Of a stretch of DNA of 64,000 nt, positions 30,425 to 48,264 are shown in pieces (position 1 is the stretch's first letter; the number at the start of each line of letters is the position of its first letter). This DNA comes from the human T2T-CHM13v2.0 reference genome, Homo sapiens, in NCBI RefSeq assembly GCF_009914755.1, contig NC_060935.1; one strand, 5' to 3'. The translations under genes and the position numbers were made by a program. The notes under the pieces are model-generated. The model searched no databases, was not told the origin of the DNA, and saw nothing but the letters and a program-made list of their open reading frames with translations.

Positions 30425-32561
30425 TCATTCCACTTGGTGGCACTCTTTCCTGTTTTACACATTTGTTATGCTTTTATTCTTATATTCCTTTCTATTTTTC
30501 TACTTCATGGATATTTTGGTGGACTTGTGTTTTCAATATACCATCTTGATTTTAAAAATCTAGAACCTTTCTTTGAGGAAATCATTCAATAGCTGTAGAA
30601 AAATTTGAAAAAAATCATCAGTCATTTAGATTTATAAGTAATTCTTGAGTCAATTTTGATGACACTTTTTTTATAATATATTTTATTAAGAATAGATTTA
30701 ACAATTATACAGCATATCCTGATTGCTTACTCTCTCAGTGGTGTTACCTTGTAATTTTTTGCCTTTACACCCAAACTACCTTTTATCAATACAGCCTCTA
30801 AAAACTATCAGTAGGTAGAGGGATAAGGGAATGAAAAAGAGATGGACTCACTTGTAAAGAAACTCAAGTTGATATAATAAGACAGTAAGAGAATAAGATC
30901 TATGGAAATTCTTCCCCAAGTCTATGTCTTAATAATGAATAAATATTGCTTTTCTGAAATAAACCTTACTTTATCATTATATGTTAATATACTACCAGAT
31001 TCTATTTTTAGTATTTTGTATAACTCAGTAATTTTATTTACATTTTATACTGAGGTAACTGCTTAAGACATGCCAACTGATATGTTTTTCTTTCACTACA
31101 TTACACGTCAATATTAAAATTGTGGAATCAGAGTACACTTCTCTTTCTTTGTGTGCCACAAGCCTTAGATTTTTGGTTTTTGGTGCTGTTGGCCTTTTAC
31201 CTCTTCCCAAGTAAGAGCTGCCGTAACGGAAATTAGCCTTACCTTTACCTGGCAATAACCTTGACTCTCTCTTTTCAGCCCTGTGCCTTCACTAATGATG
31301 TCTTTTGCTTACTAATGATTGCAGGGGCTGTGGTGGGGCTTCAGGAAATGATTTATTCCCCCTTTTGTGCCAAGAACCTCAAAAATGACTGAAAGATTCT
31401 TACCACAATTTGATAGTGGTAGACTCCAAACCGAGTAGGGTGTAGGACAGAAATCTGAGTATAGAAATTTTAATCTATCTAAAATGTCGCCAAGAACCAA
31501 ATAAAACCCATTATCACTGTGCAGACCTTCCAAGCATATCCTCGTGGAGATAATCTCACCTTCTTAATGCACAAGCTTCCCTTGGAGGCCCCATCTGCCC
31601 TGCATTTCCGGGCTGTGGCCCTTCCTTGGTCCTTTCTTGTGTCTTGGTAGCTTGGAGGTACGAGTTCATAGGCTTAATTACACCCTGTGCTGCTGGCTAG
31701 GGAAAGGGAAAACTTCTGGTCCAGAGCTAGGAGCAACAAAGGGAGAGTTTAAGAGTAATTTTAAATCCAGATGGTAGTTTATTGTTTTACTGTCTCTTAT
31801 TGGTTTTGGTTGAACTCAAGCAATTTTTTTAAATGAAAGAAGTTATCTCATAGCATAAGGATTTATCTTCTGCCAGCAGCCCTTTGAGGGTCCTCCTGCA
31901 AGGTGCATGTCCTCTCTGTCAGCATAATTTTTATGTTTTATAAACATAAAAGTTTATAAGAATGTCTGCTTCCTTCCAAATCTGCATTACATTGGGAAGC
32001 TTTCTTACAACCATTTAGCCTTGGGGATACCAAATTTCTTAGGCCCTCTGGATCACTCCTCCTCAACTCCTGACTGGAACAGAGACATTCTCAACCTATT
32101 TCGGTCTTTCTTTTCATTGATGATTTTACTATTCATCAGTTGTGAGGAGACTGCAGAAGTATAGATATATATATGTGTGTGTGCGTGCACATGTGTATAT
32201 ACAAATATTTGTGTGTGTATACATATATGTTTTTTGCCAAATAACTGCGTTTTGTATGCTTTAGATTCACTAGCAACTACACCAAAATATTTGCCACAGA
32301 AGAGAAAATCTCACTAAAGTAATTGATGCATTTAAAAATATGTGTGTATACATATATATGTATATACACACTTATACATATATATGTATTTACTGAGCAC
32401 ATGTGATGCATCATACAATATTCTAGTTGATTAAAAAAGGTAAACAAACTAGACAAAATATGTTCTCTTATGCTAGTGGAGATTGGAGACAATATATGCA
32501 TAATTCAATTTAAAAAAAGTAGTTTCAGGTTGTGATAAGTACTTTAAAGAAAATGCACTCT

Positions 32562-32845
<284 letters not shown>

Positions 32846-33789
32846 AGAGACAGCAAGATGAGAATTGCTATATTGGATAGTCAGGTTGCCTTCTCAGAGA
32901 CCAGAATGAAGGATTGTGGTGATCTCAATAGGCAGCTGTGATTATATTGTTAAAATAAGAAGACTGATCAAGAATTGTTATATGTGGGTAACTGGCCCCC
33001 ACACTTGTGCAGGGGCAGTTGGACCCTCCCTACCTGGAGTAGTTCTCAGAGCTCCTCTGTCACTGCAATGGGGCGTCCCTTCTTTGTTTCCACATGTGTT
33101 ATTCTAAGAGTTAAAGTACTTAAGTCAATATCCAAGTCATGGATTATGTAAAACAGAATTCTTCTGTCTTCCTTCATAAATAATTAATTATATGTTTTAT
33201 AGAAATGCATTCCCTGTCGTTAATCCTGTTGCCATTCTGAGTGATTTTTCTTCCCTTTGGATTCACAGCTTTACAAGTACTTTTAATTTTGGATTGGATA
33301 CTGACTTCTCTTCTTGTTTTGTACAGTCTCCTTGCCCAAGCTAGGCTAGAAGAATGTGAAAAATTCACTTAGCTCTCTACATACACTTTGAATCTAAATG
33401 TACCTGTAGCAATATTCACTTGTTTTTCCAGACTAGCCACAATGCGGATTGCCACTTTGGATGATATAGCCCAGTATTCAAAAAGTCTTGTTTTCTTCTT
33501 GCTCTGATTAAATACAAAATGACTTCAGATTTTCCAGCCTGTCCCAAACTTGAAATGTTACACACAAGAACACGGTGGATTTTTATCAAATTGCTAAATT
33601 GACCACAGCCTAATTTTTCTCCAGAGTGAAAGGGTGCTTCTTTTTCCCATTTGCTTTAGTGCAGCTATCAGAGAGTCAGCACAGCATTTTTCTGCTAAGT
33701 TTGAGTGATAAATCATAAGAAAAACATTCCAATTATACACAGGTGTATTATAAAATAAAAAATACATCCCTGCTCTGTTTTTTATATGT

Positions 33790-37261
<3,472 letters not shown>

Positions 37262-37369
37262 CGTGTTTTATTTTTTTAAGATGAATGTCTAGATGAGAAG
37301 AAGCTTTGTGAAAATAAAATAATAATTGAAATAGAAAATTTTTTCTGAAAGTGAGTAAAAAGTAAAAGA

Positions 37370-37715
37370 AATTAATTCAACACACATTTATTAAGTGTTG
37401 CCCAAGTACTAGTCATCAAGCTAAGTTCTTAGGACACCAAGATAAATAAAATGCTGTCCCTGTCCTTAAAAAACTTACGGTCCATTGGGACATGGCAATT
37501 TCACTTTTTTGATACATGATTTTAGTATTTCCCTGGGACATGTAAATGAAAAATGAGGAAGAAGCAGAGAGAGTGATAATCTCTATTTATTGAGGAGAGG
37601 TCTAGAAAGATGTCCCAGAAGATGTTATGTATGCGCTGCAATTGAAAGGCTAATTGGAGTTTTTTAGGTGGCTATGATGGGGAATATGTAGTGATAGAAC
37701 AAACATTTCCTGTAA

Positions 37716-37749
<34 letters not shown>

Positions 37750-37910
37750 GCAAAGGCTCAGAATCATGAAACAGCCTAGTATATGCAGGAGTTCAGGAAC
37801 AATCTTGTACTGTTGGAATATAGATCCTCAAGGGGACCAGCTTGTTGACGCACTAGGCCCATTGGTGAGACAGGAAAGAGAGGTCAGATCATGATAAGTT
37901 TTAAGTAAAA
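37370..37910 (-). mobile_element. L2
   Basis: ATTCAACACACATTTATTAAGTG...CTGTCCCTGTCCTTAA antisense L2 3' end. Confidence 0.65.
37718..37749. repeat. (AGAT)8 tetranucleotide STR
   Basis: Eight perfect units. Confidence 0.97.
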
Positions 37911-37934
37911 CAGCTTGGCTTTTATTTTTAAAAC

Positions 37935-38140
37935 TATGATTCAAATCTTGGCTGCATATGAATCCCCTGGGGGAGCTTTGCAAAAAAAATTAGATTCCAT
38001 TTCTGAAGATTTTTATTTAGTTTGTATTGAACAGGGCATAGCATCAGGATTTTTTAAAAGCTCCCCAGTTTTTATTTACTTATGTGTTTGTTTGTCTATT
38101 GTTTTGGTATTAATGCAAAGTCAGGGTTGAGAACCTTTGC
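37935..38140. mobile_element. MER5B-like hAT-Charlie MITE
   Basis: TCAAATCTTGGCTGCATATGAATCCCCTGGGG...TTTTAAAAGCTCCCCAG...CAGGGTTGAGAACC. Confidence 0.75.
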
Positions 38141-38199
38141 TTCAGAAATTGGATAATCACTAAAGGGTATGAAAATACACAATCACATGTATTCTTCTT

Positions 38200-38380
38200 T
38201 TGAGTGGAAAGAGCACAGACTTCAGGTCTAGTTCACTGTGTTAGCACTTTCATCGTGGACAGACACTTGCCTCTCCGAGCCTCAGTTCCTACAGCTGTAA
38301 AACTAGAAGCCTAGTAATATCCACCCAACAGCACTGTTGTACAATCATATATGTGGGAGCACTTTGTTAAGTGTAAGTTA
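38200..38380 (+). mobile_element. MIR
   Basis: CTCTCCGAGCCTCAGTTCCTACAGCTGTAAAA. Confidence 0.65.
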
Positions 38381-39089
38381 TTTCTAGGTAGAAGTGGTCC
38401 ACAAGTTGAAGCAGACGTTGTTCTGGATTGTCCAACATCCATTACCTTCCAGCCAATAGTAATATTTCTACCCACTTTCTACAAGTTTCATTATCAATAA
38501 GCTTTATAAAGAGGTCTATATGGAGGGATGGTTTCTCTTCTTTCCCAGGACTCTGTTGTTTCTGGAGGTAACTCCTGGAACTGCTCCTGCCATTTTATTA
38601 GAGAGGAAGAAATGTGAAGAGCCTATGTCCTTGAAGACAGTGTTGGGGATCAAACAAGCTTGGAGTCCACACAATGTGTAGCTTTCTTGTTATGTGCAAG
38701 AATACATTTCTTTAATGCCAGTTTGGATATGGCTTCCTGTAGCAAAATGTATCTTAATTGATGGGCAAACTATGAATAAAAAACAAGAGGATTCATGGAG
38801 CAAATACTCAACCTTGTTGAATGAGGCAGTTTTATCTTAAGCGTGAACAAATTGGACTGAATGAAAACAGACTTAAGGAGTGTGCCTTAGGTCTGATTTA
38901 AACTTACTAAGAGTGGAAAATTGATTCCTGTTGCATATGAGAGTTACAGGACTATAATGGGGCATTAAGGACACAAGGAGGAAACTGAAATTTATGTAAT
39001 ACTAAGTTCCTGAAACCAATATGACTTTGACTCTGGTATCTGGAATACCAGCCTCCAGAGAGATCACATGATAAAGTACAAGCTTGAGG

Positions 39090-39290
39090 GATACTGAATT
39101 AATTTAATTCTATTACTTTCAAACTGTGTGACCTCTGGCAGGTTACTTAACTTCTATGAGCCTCGTTTTCCCTAATGGTAGCATGAATAAAAGACTTCAA
39201 AGCATCTGTTGTGAATATTAAATGGGATACAATAAAGCATTTAACACAGTGCATGGTAAATAATAATTTTTATTATTACAATAATATCCA
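39090..39290 (+). mobile_element. MIR
   Basis: CTGTGTGACCTCTGGCAGGTTACTTAACTTCTATGAGCCTCGTTTTCC. Confidence 0.8.
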
Positions 39291-40260
39291 TTTGTTAAGG
39301 ACTTAAATGGAGAGAGAGGAGCCATGTCTGGCAGTGATGACCCCGCTAGAGTTGATCCAGACTAATTCTGGTGCCTAGAGCTATGTCTAAACAGACTTAG
39401 CCCCCAGAAAATATGATAGGGAACATAAGCTGTCTTTTTTAAAAACTATAAGTAATTTAAACATAGGAGCATCTCTTTATTCAGTGTGGAATTTCCCTAG
39501 GACATTGGAAATTCCACTATTTATATAAAAAACAGAAATTGTAGTAAGTAGCATAATAACTTTATACAAGAAAACTGTGATACATCCTTAAAATGTATTA
39601 GTGATTTGCATTCAACTTGATTTTTGGCCTTTTTCCTTAGATCAATAGCCTGAATTTCAGGAAATGAGATACCTCATGGTGATGAATGTCCCATATGATG
39701 AAGAGATGCTCAGACCCTGAGCATTCAGAGACAGAGAAATGAGATTTCCCTGGGAAAATGAAACATAATTTTTTTAGAATAAAATGACAAAATGTAAAAT
39801 TTGTAGGGATATTAAGGCAGAGAATTAAAAGACATATAAAGCAAGAATACTCTGGCACAAGAAAAGACGTTTAAATCCAAGTACTTAGGAACTATGCTAG
39901 ATGATAAATCTTTCAAGAATGGATGCAGTTATGCTCCAAATCAAAATGAGGCAAAATTTCATGAGCAGAAAATCCCAGAATGAAGGGTAAGATGGGCTGT
40001 TAGAAGAAAAATGTGAAACTAGCTGGTTTAAGGAATAAGCTTCTTCCTTTCAGCATTGTTCCCAGTCGTCTCTTACATTGTCATCAGAAATCAAATCTGG
40101 TCAAAATCCTAACTCAATTTAATCTCTGGGTCATGCTACTCAGCCAACTCTATAAAAATCTTCAAATTAGGTTTAGAGTTGTCCTCTGAGCCCTGCTACC
40201 ATCTCACTGTGTGAATGGCACTACATAAACTTTGTTCTCATTCTGCTGGATGTGTTTTAA

Positions 40261-40484
40261 CTGTGCTCTATAGCATAAAGAATCTGAATTCTGTACCAAA
40301 AAATACAATTATGTATAAAGAATTCTTTACTAAATATATAGTTTTCTAATTCTTGCATTTTGTTTGCTTTCTATAGCTGTGTTCTGTAGCATAAAGAATC
40401 TGAATTCTTCACCAAATACATAAAATTTCTCATAAAGAATTCTTTGCCAAATATATACTTTATAATTTTTGTATTCTGTTTGCT
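40261..40484. repeat. Diverged tandem duplication, ~116-bp unit x2
   Basis: Units start at 40261 and 40377 with CTGTG(C/T)TCT(A/G)TAGCATAAAGAATCTGAATTCT. Confidence 0.9.
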
Positions 40485-40529
40485 ATTTGGAAAACAAAAC
40501 ACCAGATCTCTTTCTTCCGTTTTGCAATA

Positions 40530-41788
40530 TCCGCATACCTACAACCATCTGATCTTCAACAAAGCTGACAAAACCAAGCAATGAGGAAAGGACTGCCTGT
40601 TCAATAAATGGTGCTGGGATAACTGGCTAGCCACATACAGAAGATTGAAACTGGACCCTCATTACACCATATACAAAAATCAACTAAAGGTGGATTAAAG
40701 ACTTAAATGTAAAACCCCAAATTACAAAAGCCCTGGAAGACAACCTAGGCAATCCTATTCTGGACATAGAAACTGGCAAAGATTTTATGACGAAAATGCC
40801 AAAAGCAATTGCAACAAAAGCAATATTGAAAAATTAGATCAATAAAACTTAATAACTTCTGCACAGCAAAAGAAACTATTTGCAGACTATGCATCTGACA
40901 AAGCTCTAATATCCAGCATCTATAGGAAACTTAAACAAATTTACAAGCAAAAACCAAACAACACCATTGATTAGTGGGTAAAGGACATTAACAGACACTC
41001 TTCAAAAGAAGACATATATGCAGTCAATAAGCATAAGAAAAAAGCTCAATATCACTGACCATTAGAGAAATGCAAATCAAAACCACAACGAGATAGCACT
41101 CACATGAGTCAGAATGGCTGTTATTAAAAAGTCAAAAAATAACAGATGCTGGTAATCTGTGGAGAAAGGAAATGCTTATACGCTATTGGTGGGAGTGTAA
41201 ATTAGTTCAGTGATTGTGGAAGATTGTGTGGCAATTCCTCAGAAAGCTAAACACAAAAATGCCATTTGACCTAGCAATCCCATTACTGGGTTTATACCCA
41301 AAGGAATATAAATCATTCTACCATAAATACACATGCACACCAATGTTCACTGCAGCACTATTCACAATATTAAAGACAAGGAATCAACCTAAATATCCAT
41401 CAGTGACAAATTGGATAAAGAAAATGTGGTATGTATATACCATGGAATACTATGCACCCATAAAAAAGAATGAGGTAATGTCTTTTGTGGGACCATGGAT
41501 GGAGCTGGAGACCACTATCCTTAGCAAACTATTACAGGAACAGAAAACCAAATATCGCATGTTTTTACTTATATAAGTGGGAGCTAAATGATGAGAACTT
41601 ATGGACACAAAGGGGAACAACAGACACCGGGAACTTCTCGAGGCTGCAGGGTGAGAGGAGGGAGAGGATCAGGAAAAATAACTACTGGATACTAGGGTGA
41701 CAAAATAATGTGTACAACAAACCCCAGCAACATACGTTTACCTGTGTAACAAACCTGCACATGTACCCCTGAACACAAAATTTAAAAA
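40530..41788 (+). mobile_element. 5'-truncated older L1PA (PA13-16-like)
   Basis: ORF2 C-terminal remnant (WKIVWQFLRKLNTKMPFDLAIPLLG) and 3'UTR ending AAACCTGCACATGTACCCCTGAAC. Confidence 0.9.
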
Positions 41789-42779
41789 TGGAATTTTATT
41801 ATTATATTATGGAGTATTTTTACTGCTATACTTTTAAAAATCTTCTTCTTCTTGTCAGCATTCTTTAATAGAACACTCATAAATTTTAGGTCAATAACAC
41901 TTTCAATTGACTATAAAACGTATGCCATGATAGACCTAAGTATTTATTGCATGAGTATGTATCAAGAGAAGCCCATTTGACTTAGTGCATTTTAAAATTT
42001 TTATATATTTCATGGATTCATAAGACATAGAAAGTCAGCGTATCTTTTCTAGGATTCTATCATCAGAAAATGGTTATCTTGTGTGTATTAAGCTATTCTC
42101 CAAGAATTTAAGTATCTTTGGGAGGTATTAAGAGGAAACTGAGTTATTTATACCCCCTCAGTGCTATTTATTTTAACAAGGCATCTCTCCACTCCCACCC
42201 CCAGCAACAACCATAGCCAAGATAATATTTTTCTTTAGGGGAAAGAGATTTGATAGGAATGTGGTCAGTAGGAATGGGTGATTGTAGGTTATTGAAAATT
42301 GCCCTGTGATAGCAGATTTAGGATAGTAGCCAAGGACAGTCGGTCAGTGTAAATGGAGTAATTTGGGGCACATGGACACAAGGAGAGAAAAAAACTTCAG
42401 GAACATTAGAGGGTCAGCTTGATCTCCTTGATGACTTTACTGAACAGGTCCTTAAACCTCAGTCTTGGAGATGAAGGGAAGGACAGGCTCTCTCGCTAAA
42501 GTGGGCTCATTCAAGAAGTTGAGAAGGGACAAGGAAGCCCCATTTCATTCTACCTTCACTGTGGCATCTTCAGGGAAAACAGATGCAGCAGTTGATACTA
42601 GAGACCTTTCTCCTCTGGAACCCAACTTCAAGCAAGAACCAAATATCCTGGCCTGAGGTTCCTGTGAAGATGTTCCCATCTACCTTGTTGAATGAAGGCA
42701 AGAGGACTATGAGGAATGCTTCTCTCTCCTCTGGCTTGCATTTCTAAACCATCTCTCTACCTCCCCAACTGTTGTTGCC

Positions 42780-43130
42780 CCAGACTACCTACAATCCCTT
42801 AGAGTTTCTACTACATGCACCAAGCTCTTCCCACCAAGCTCCACCTGGACTGCTCTTTCTCCAGCCCTTTGAATACTTGCTCCTTTTAGGTTGAAATACC
42901 ATTTTTCTTGACTGGCCCATTTAGAAAATGACTTTTTCTGTTATTCTCCATCTCAGTGCCCAAATTATTTAATCACTTTAAAAGAAATAATTCCAGTTTC
43001 TGATATGTTCCTGTTTATTTTCTGTCCCCTCTCTCTCACCAGAATGTGAGCTACTTAAGTGACAGGCTGTCATGTTTACTACTGTTTCTGTAGCACCTAC
43101 ATGACTGACTTTTTAAGAGCACAAATACAG
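42780..43130 (+). mobile_element. L2 3' part
   Basis: CACCAGAATGTGAGCT...CATGTTTACTACTGTTTCTGTAGCACCTA. Confidence 0.6.
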
Positions 43131-43364
43131 TGCTGGGTTTGATGGGAGCTAAATGGTGTTGCTCTCAGCTCTCGAAAGGGTCAGGCTACCACTGTGCTGT
43201 GTAAGGTTGAAAGCAAGATTTGCATACTTGCTTTGACACTCATTGCAGCCTAAGGAGGAGGGGACAGGGAATGGTGGTATCATAAGTAGATGCCAGCATT
43301 TTCCTAGGGGAAGATCTTTATCTCTTCTTGGCAGCCAAGAATACTCCCAAAGCTAGAGTAATAA

Positions 43365-43702
<338 letters not shown>

Positions 43703-43879
43703 TGGTTAAGTATAACTAATATGACTATTCCTAAGGTAATTTCCATTTCTAGCTCGCTACTTTTTTTTTCTTTCATCCTCTGACATCAAACCTGAATAAT
43801 CATGGTGAACATGTGTGGAGAGGTGATGATTTGTCTAGGGCTTCCTATATGGCAGACTCAGATCTACATGCAGCCCCCA

Positions 43880-44095
43880 GAGTAAGTTGTGAGATTACCT
43901 GAAATGGTATACAATGTTGTTAACTATTTTTACTGTTATACTGAGGAATACTGAGATTCAGAATGGTTTTGCAACTTGCTTACATTTACAAAGCTAGAAA
44001 CTTGCTTAAACTCACAAAGCTAGAAAGTGGCAAGGCTGAAATTTGAAATGAAGTTGCTATGTTTGACTTGAAAACAAGTTCTATTTCCATTATAT
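43880..44095 (-). mobile_element. MIR with a ~26-bp internal tandem duplication
   Basis: TGAGGAATACTGAGATTCAGA; AACTTGCTTA...ACAAAGCTAGA occurs twice. Confidence 0.65.
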
Positions 44096-44944
44096 GATTC
44101 TTTTCCAGAAAATAATCTGGGAAACTTAATAAATCGCTCACAGACTCTTGGGCTCCCCTTCATAAGGACTTTCCTTTTACAATGGAAGGGCAGGAAGAGA
44201 TGGACACTTAGACCAAAAAAGGCTTTCTAATAGTAGAATCTTAGACATTGTAATAACTGCAGCAAATTTCTGGAAGGAAAATCCTTCTGTGCCTATGCAA
44301 ATGGCACTTATATAACCTTCACACAGACCAGCCCTCAAGCCTCATTATTTCTTTTCAACCACTCTTATTCTACCTCTTATTTCCGGGAGTTGTTCATTTT
44401 ATGTTTCCAGTGCCTGGTAGTTTTTTCAGAATCATTGCAGCATTAATAAAACATTAGTATCCAATTTCCTGAAAGGTTATTAAATAGCATTAGTTTGGTT
44501 CTTTGTACAAATACAAACCTTGACTGAAGCCCCAAGTTCTTTGTTAACATATGACTTCCCATGATAAACATGTCAGATGTTGTTCCAACCTACGCTGTTT
44601 CCTCTTTTAAGATCACAGTGACAAATTGACTATAAATCCAGACTGGCAACACCCATGTCAAGTTGTTTTATTTGAAACTCAACTGTGTCACAAAATAATA
44701 TGTTGCCTAAATTGAATTTCTAAAAGATCTGGTCACAAAGATAGAGAAATATTCTTTTAAATTCAGCTGCGAAAAGCATCTCTTGGAAGCCACTCCACAG
44801 TATTACCATAAGCTCAACAATGCACTACATCTTGCCATAACAATGAGATATCCTAAAATTGAAATATTTCCCTCCCACATCCATTATCTCTCTCATTTCC
44901 ACAACAGTCTTCTGAGGAAGGTGTTGCCTATTTATTTTATAATT

Positions 44945-45727
44945 TATGTTTTCCAGCTGTATTGAGATATAATTAACGAATACAAATTGTATGTATTTAA
45001 GGTGTACAATGTGATGATTATATATATATATATATATATATATATACGTATTCACTTATTTACAGGGTATGAAATTTGCTAAGCGAGTGGATCTTAAGTG
45101 TCTTCACTGCGCATGCACACAGACACACACACAAAATGGTAACTGGGCGGTGATAAATGTGTTAATTTGACTGTGATAATCACTTCACAGTATATATATA
45201 TATATTTATATAATTATATATAGAAATATAGAAATATATTTTTAATTTAAATATATAAATATATTTGACTGTGATAATCATTTCACAGTATATATGTATA
45301 GTATAAATATATTGATATATAAAATACATTATATATGTTTATATAAATATAGATTTTATATAAATTTTTATATTATATATCTATATAAAAATTTTAATGT
45401 ATTTTATATTTCTTTATATTTTATATTGTGTATTTATATGCAATATATAATATATAATTATATATTTATTTATATATTTATATAAATATATGTATAAAAT
45501 ACATATTTATATACATATAATTAGATTTGTACTATAGATATAAATATATTTTATATGTTATAAATATATATACAGCATATATATATATACTGTGAAGTGA
45601 TTATCACAGTCAAATTAATACAGTTATCAACACCCATAGTTACCATTTTGTGTGTGTGTGTCTGTGTGCAGTGAAGACACTTAAGATCTACTCTCTTAGC
45701 AAATTTCATATGCTGTAAATGAGTGAA
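44945..45727 (-). mobile_element. L1MA 3' fragment split at a (TA)n by an inverted duplication and an AT-rich spacer
   Basis: L1MA 3' end at 44945-45020 continues at 45588; 45051-45192 is the reverse complement of 45588-45727. Confidence 0.85.
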
Positions 45728-46678
45728 GTAACCAAGGCAAAGCAAGCTGAGGTGACAACTAAGAACTAGGACTTAAATGAACTTAAGTAGTCTACAGCAA
45801 AAGAGCCTGGTGGTGGAGAACACTGACATTGGAATCCGACACTTAGTTTTAAATCATGCCTCTGTTATTTATTAGCTGTCAGAAAACCGGCAAGCTTCTT
45901 AACAACTCTATGCTTTGGTTCAAATAGGGATAATCATATACCTATTTAAAGGATTATATGAGGATTCACTAAAACATTATCTACAGATATTATTAATTAT
46001 AATTATTAGTCCCCCCTTCATCATTCTTTCCAGTTCATTTGTTCTGCAAACAAACAGTCCTGCTGCAGAATGTAGCTTCAATCCAGCTGCTGGCAAGAGG
46101 TATCTTTCCAGCTCCCAGGGTGCCTCATGCAGGTATTTTTATGGTTACTGCAGAACACATTAACAAGTAATAGTGCTGTTTTCCTCTGAAACTACATCTC
46201 AAAGTGAGAATGGTACTCGTTCTGCCTTAAGCTTAGATCAATGTGGACACAACTTCCAGTATTGATGATTGCAAAAGTGAGTCTTAGATTCTCATTGCCT
46301 GCTAACGAAGATATATTCTGTAAGTATGCAAGTCCTTCTGTATAGTTCTTTTCCAAATTCTTATACATGTCACCTTCCAAAGGAGTAAGTCTTCGACCAC
46401 AGGCAATTGTGGTCTCTGTACTTGCAAAAAAAACGAAACGAGGCTCCTTGATAAGGTTAGCCATGAGAAGCAAGAAGTCATGATCATAGAGCTGGCAGAC
46501 AGCAGGGACCAGATCTGTAGCAGCATCTAGAGCAGTGGTGGGACTGGGAAGAGTGGGGCTTGCAGAAGATCCCTAAGGCAGCACTGAGGAAACCATTTTT
46601 AAAGCACCTGCATCAAGGTGGGGAGTCGGATGGAGTTTGAGGGCTTAAAAGGGGAGGGGGGCTGGGGTGGTGGTGAAG

Positions 46679-47049
46679 TGTCTTAGTTGTTCAGGCTGCT
46701 GTAACAAAATACCATAAACTGGGTGGCTTAGAAACAACAGAAATTTATTTCTCACAGAGAAATAAACGGAGGCTGGAAAGTCCAAACTCAAGACACTGGC
46801 AGATTTTGTGTCGGGTGAGGGCTCACTTTCTGGTTCTTAGATAATGCCCTCTCCCTGCATCCTTACATGGCAAAAGGGGTGAGAGATCAGTCTGGGGTCC
46901 CTTTTATAAGGGAACTAATCTCATTCATGAAAGTTCTTCCCTCATGACATAATCATTTCCCCAAAATCCCACCTCCTAATACCATCACCTTCAGAGTTAG
47001 GATTTCCCCATATGAATTTTGAAAGGACACAGGCATTCACTCTATAGTA
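46679..47049 (-). mobile_element. MLT1A/MLT1A0 MaLR solo LTR
   Basis: TGTCTTAGT...GCTGCTGTAACAAAATACCATAAACTGGGTGGCTT...CCCACCTCCTAATACCATCACCTT. Confidence 0.9.
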
Positions 47050-48264
47050 TAGACTGTCAAAATCTGAACACCCAAATAATACTTGTGCAGGAGTCGGCAG
47101 CTGCCTCTTAGCCTGTGTATGGCTCCGGTCTCTAAAACAATCTTAAAAGTGTCTCAGGCTCACAGAGAAGTCCAAGGTTGGTAAGACTTCCAGGACCTTA
47201 TGTGGGCTGTTTCAAAACCAGGAGGAATGTAGCAGGCTTGCCAAGGGATGAGCTGCCTTTCCTCTAAGGAGGAGAGAACAGTTCTTTATTCTTTCTTTCT
47301 CCCACAGCAAAATGAAAGCATACCCAGGGCCATGGAGACCTGTTCTCTAGGACACCCTGACCTTTCCCATTCCAGTTTAGGCTTAAGGGGCAGAATCTGC
47401 CACTTAAGCCATATATCTAGTTTGTGAAATTGTTTTGCATTCAAGTTCCTAGAAAATACCATGTAGTTCACTCGTACTTTTTTAAAAGCTTCTCGTTTAA
47501 GATTTGATTAATGCAAATGTTTGGATTTGAGAAAAAAATGATTTTGAAAGACAAAATTTAGAGGACAGTGTTCCTTTGTTTAATTATTTAATATCTTCTT
47601 CAGTGACTTGTCAACACATATATGTAAAATTGGGTTTAATTCTTAATCATAATTCCCTTTGTATTCAAAGTCAAAACTAAAGATAGCTAAAGCATTCTAG
47701 AAGATTTAATGTATTTAAGTTCAAGAAATGGTTTCCTGTCAAATGCTGACTTTGGTGACAGTGAGGCTCTATTTATGTCAAAATAAATTTTAGAAGAACA
47801 ATGCCAGATTAAAAATTTGGTCAAAGTGAATAATTTAATTAAAAATAATCAAAGCTATCATTCTACTTTTTATAAACGGTAACACAAGATAAAGAACAAA
47901 GTTTAAAAAAATTCACATGTTAATAAAGCCATATCATTGCAGCTGAACATGTTGACAGCAAACCCCAAATGTCTCATGTTTGTCAGTTAGTTTTTGCTAA
48001 ATTACACATTTTTCCAGAGTCATCACACACCAGCATTCAGAATCAACAAGTGTTTCCAACACCCAGTATGTGCTAGAAAATTTATCAAGGATGCTTACCT
48101 ATTTTATCACACGTAATTCCCACCATAAACGTTTAGAATTGCCTTTATTCCCATTGTAACCTTTGAGTCACATAACTTGGTACATGCCAATTAGCCTGTC
48201 TTAGACAAGGATTTGCTTTTGTTTTTCTTTTCCCTCTGTGGATAAAATCCAAGGCAGACATGAG

